Made by a program: the position numbers and the translations under genes. From Camelus ferus (taxonomy: Eukaryota): 64,000 nucleotides of DNA. Shown here piece after piece: positions 62,757 through 64,000 of this stretch. Numbering within the stretch: the stretch's first letter is position 1; each line of letters begins with the position of its first letter. The notes beneath the pieces are model-generated. The model had not been told where the DNA came from. It searched no databases and saw nothing but the letters and a program-made list of their open reading frames with translations. The stretch is from the NCBI RefSeq assembly GCF_009834535.1, contig NC_045698.1:12588001-12652000 (forward strand), written 5' to 3'.

Positions 62757-63862
62757 TGTAGGCAGCTTCTGAACTGGCCCCCAGTGATGCCCATCTCCTG
62801 GTATTTATGCTCTTGGGCAAGCTCCTCACTTAGCGTGTTCACCGGATTTAGTGATTTGCTTTTAATGAGAAGACTGTGGCAAAAGTGCTGGGTTGTCACT
62901 TCCAAGACTAGGTTATGAAAGACTATATATAGTGTGACTTCTCTCTTTTTTTTTAATTGAAGTATAATTGATTTACAATGTTGTATTAGTTTCAAGTGTA
63001 CAGCAAAGTGATTCAGTTATATAAATATATATACATATTCTTTTTCAGATTCTTTTCCATTGTAAGTTATTATGAGGTATTGAATATAGTTCCCTGTGCT
63101 ATGCAAGTAGTTCCTTGTTATGTATCTATTATATTTATATAGCAGTGTGCATCTTAATCCCAAACTTACAATTTATCCCTCCTGTAATTTCCCCTTTAGT
63201 AACCATAAGTTTGTTTTTTATGTCTGTGTGTCTATTTCTGTTTTGTGAATAAGTTCATTTGTATCATTTTAAAGTTTCTACATATGAGTGATAACATGTG
63301 TCTTTCTTTGTCTGACTTAACTTCACTATGTATGATAATCTCTAGGTCCATCTGTGTTGCTGCAAATGGCATTATTTAATTCTTCTTTATGGCTGCATAG
63401 TAGTCCATTGTATAAATATACCACAACTTCTTTATCCAGTCATCTGTCAATGGACATTTGGGTTGTTTCCATGTCTTGGCTATTTTAAATAGTGCTGTTA
63501 TGAACACTGGGGTGTATGTATCTTTTCAAATTAGAGTTTTCTCTGGATATATGCCCAGGAGTGGGGTTGATGGATCATATGGTAAGTCTATTTTTAGTTT
63601 TTTAAGGAACTGTCCTCCATAGTGGCTGCACCAAATTACATTCCCACGAACAGTGCAGGAGGGTTCCCTTTTCTCCATACCCTCTCCAGCATTTATCGTT
63701 TGTAGACTTTTTGATTGGTGTGAGGTGAACTCATTGTAGTTCTGATTTGCATTTCTCTAATAATTAGTGATGTTGAGCATCTTTTCATGTGCCTCTTGGC
63801 CATCTGTATCTGTGACTTCTGTCTTGCTTTTGCTCTGTTTCACTTGCTTGCTGGATGGAGCA
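62757..63862 (+). mobile_element. MLT1-type LTR 5' portion, interrupted by L1
   Basis: 'tgtaggcagcttctgaactggcccccagtgatgcccatctcctggtatt...tgtcacttccaagactaggttatgaaagac'. Resumes after the L1 as 'tgtgacttctgtcttgc...cttgctggatggagca'. Confidence 0.75.
62948..63810 (-). mobile_element. Camelid-type L1 3' fragment (~860 bp)
   Basis: 3' UTR plus end of ORF2. TSD TGTGACTTCT(C/G)TCTT at 62933-47 and 63811-25. Confidence 0.94.
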
Positions 63863-64000
63863 GGAGTGGGAATATTGCCATCAGGACCATTTCTCTCCAC
63901 ATCTGGTCTCCACTGGTGTTATCCTGAGGTTTATTCTTTACTTGTGGTAGTGGTGATGTCCCCATGTTCCCATTGTCTTCATAGGCAGAGTTAACAGACA

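Noticed and set aside
1..64000. The 60-150 aa ORFs of the six-frame track as host genes
   Set aside because: No recognisable domains. Many start at non-ATG codons and lie in TEs or simple repeats. Only the L1 ORF2 and gag remnants show homology.

Overview
Mammalian, gene-poor (intergenic or intronic) DNA, most likely from a camelid. The evidence is a Vic-1-type tRNA-derived SINE and artiodactyl-type L1 3' ends, with no BovB/Bov-tA, PRE-1 or Can-SINE seen. I found no supportable host protein-coding exon. The ORF track is essentially noise, apart from an L1 ORF2 C-terminal remnant (21021-21251) and a retroviral Gag remnant (ORF 13683-13886). Much of the window is interspersed repeats: L1, L2, MIR, MaLR/ERVL LTRs and hAT DNA transposons. 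All were recognised by eye, so subfamily names and boundaries are approximate. The standout is a 1,452-bp class I endogenous retrovirus remnant at 12423-13874. It has a complete 5' LTR with a tetranucleotide repeat in U3, a perfect tRNA-His PBS, a leader with four GACG-tetraloop hairpins and a decayed gag (MA/p12/start of CA). In place of a 3' LTR it ends in an inverted copy of the first 68 bp of its own U3, so it has terminal inverted repeats, and it sits cleanly inside a MER58B-like transposon. Other notable items are a poly(A)-tailed ~105-nt L1 5'-UTR-only insertion (36717-36834), a twin-primed inverted L1 (51675-52260) and a double insertion at one site of an MLT2 LTR.
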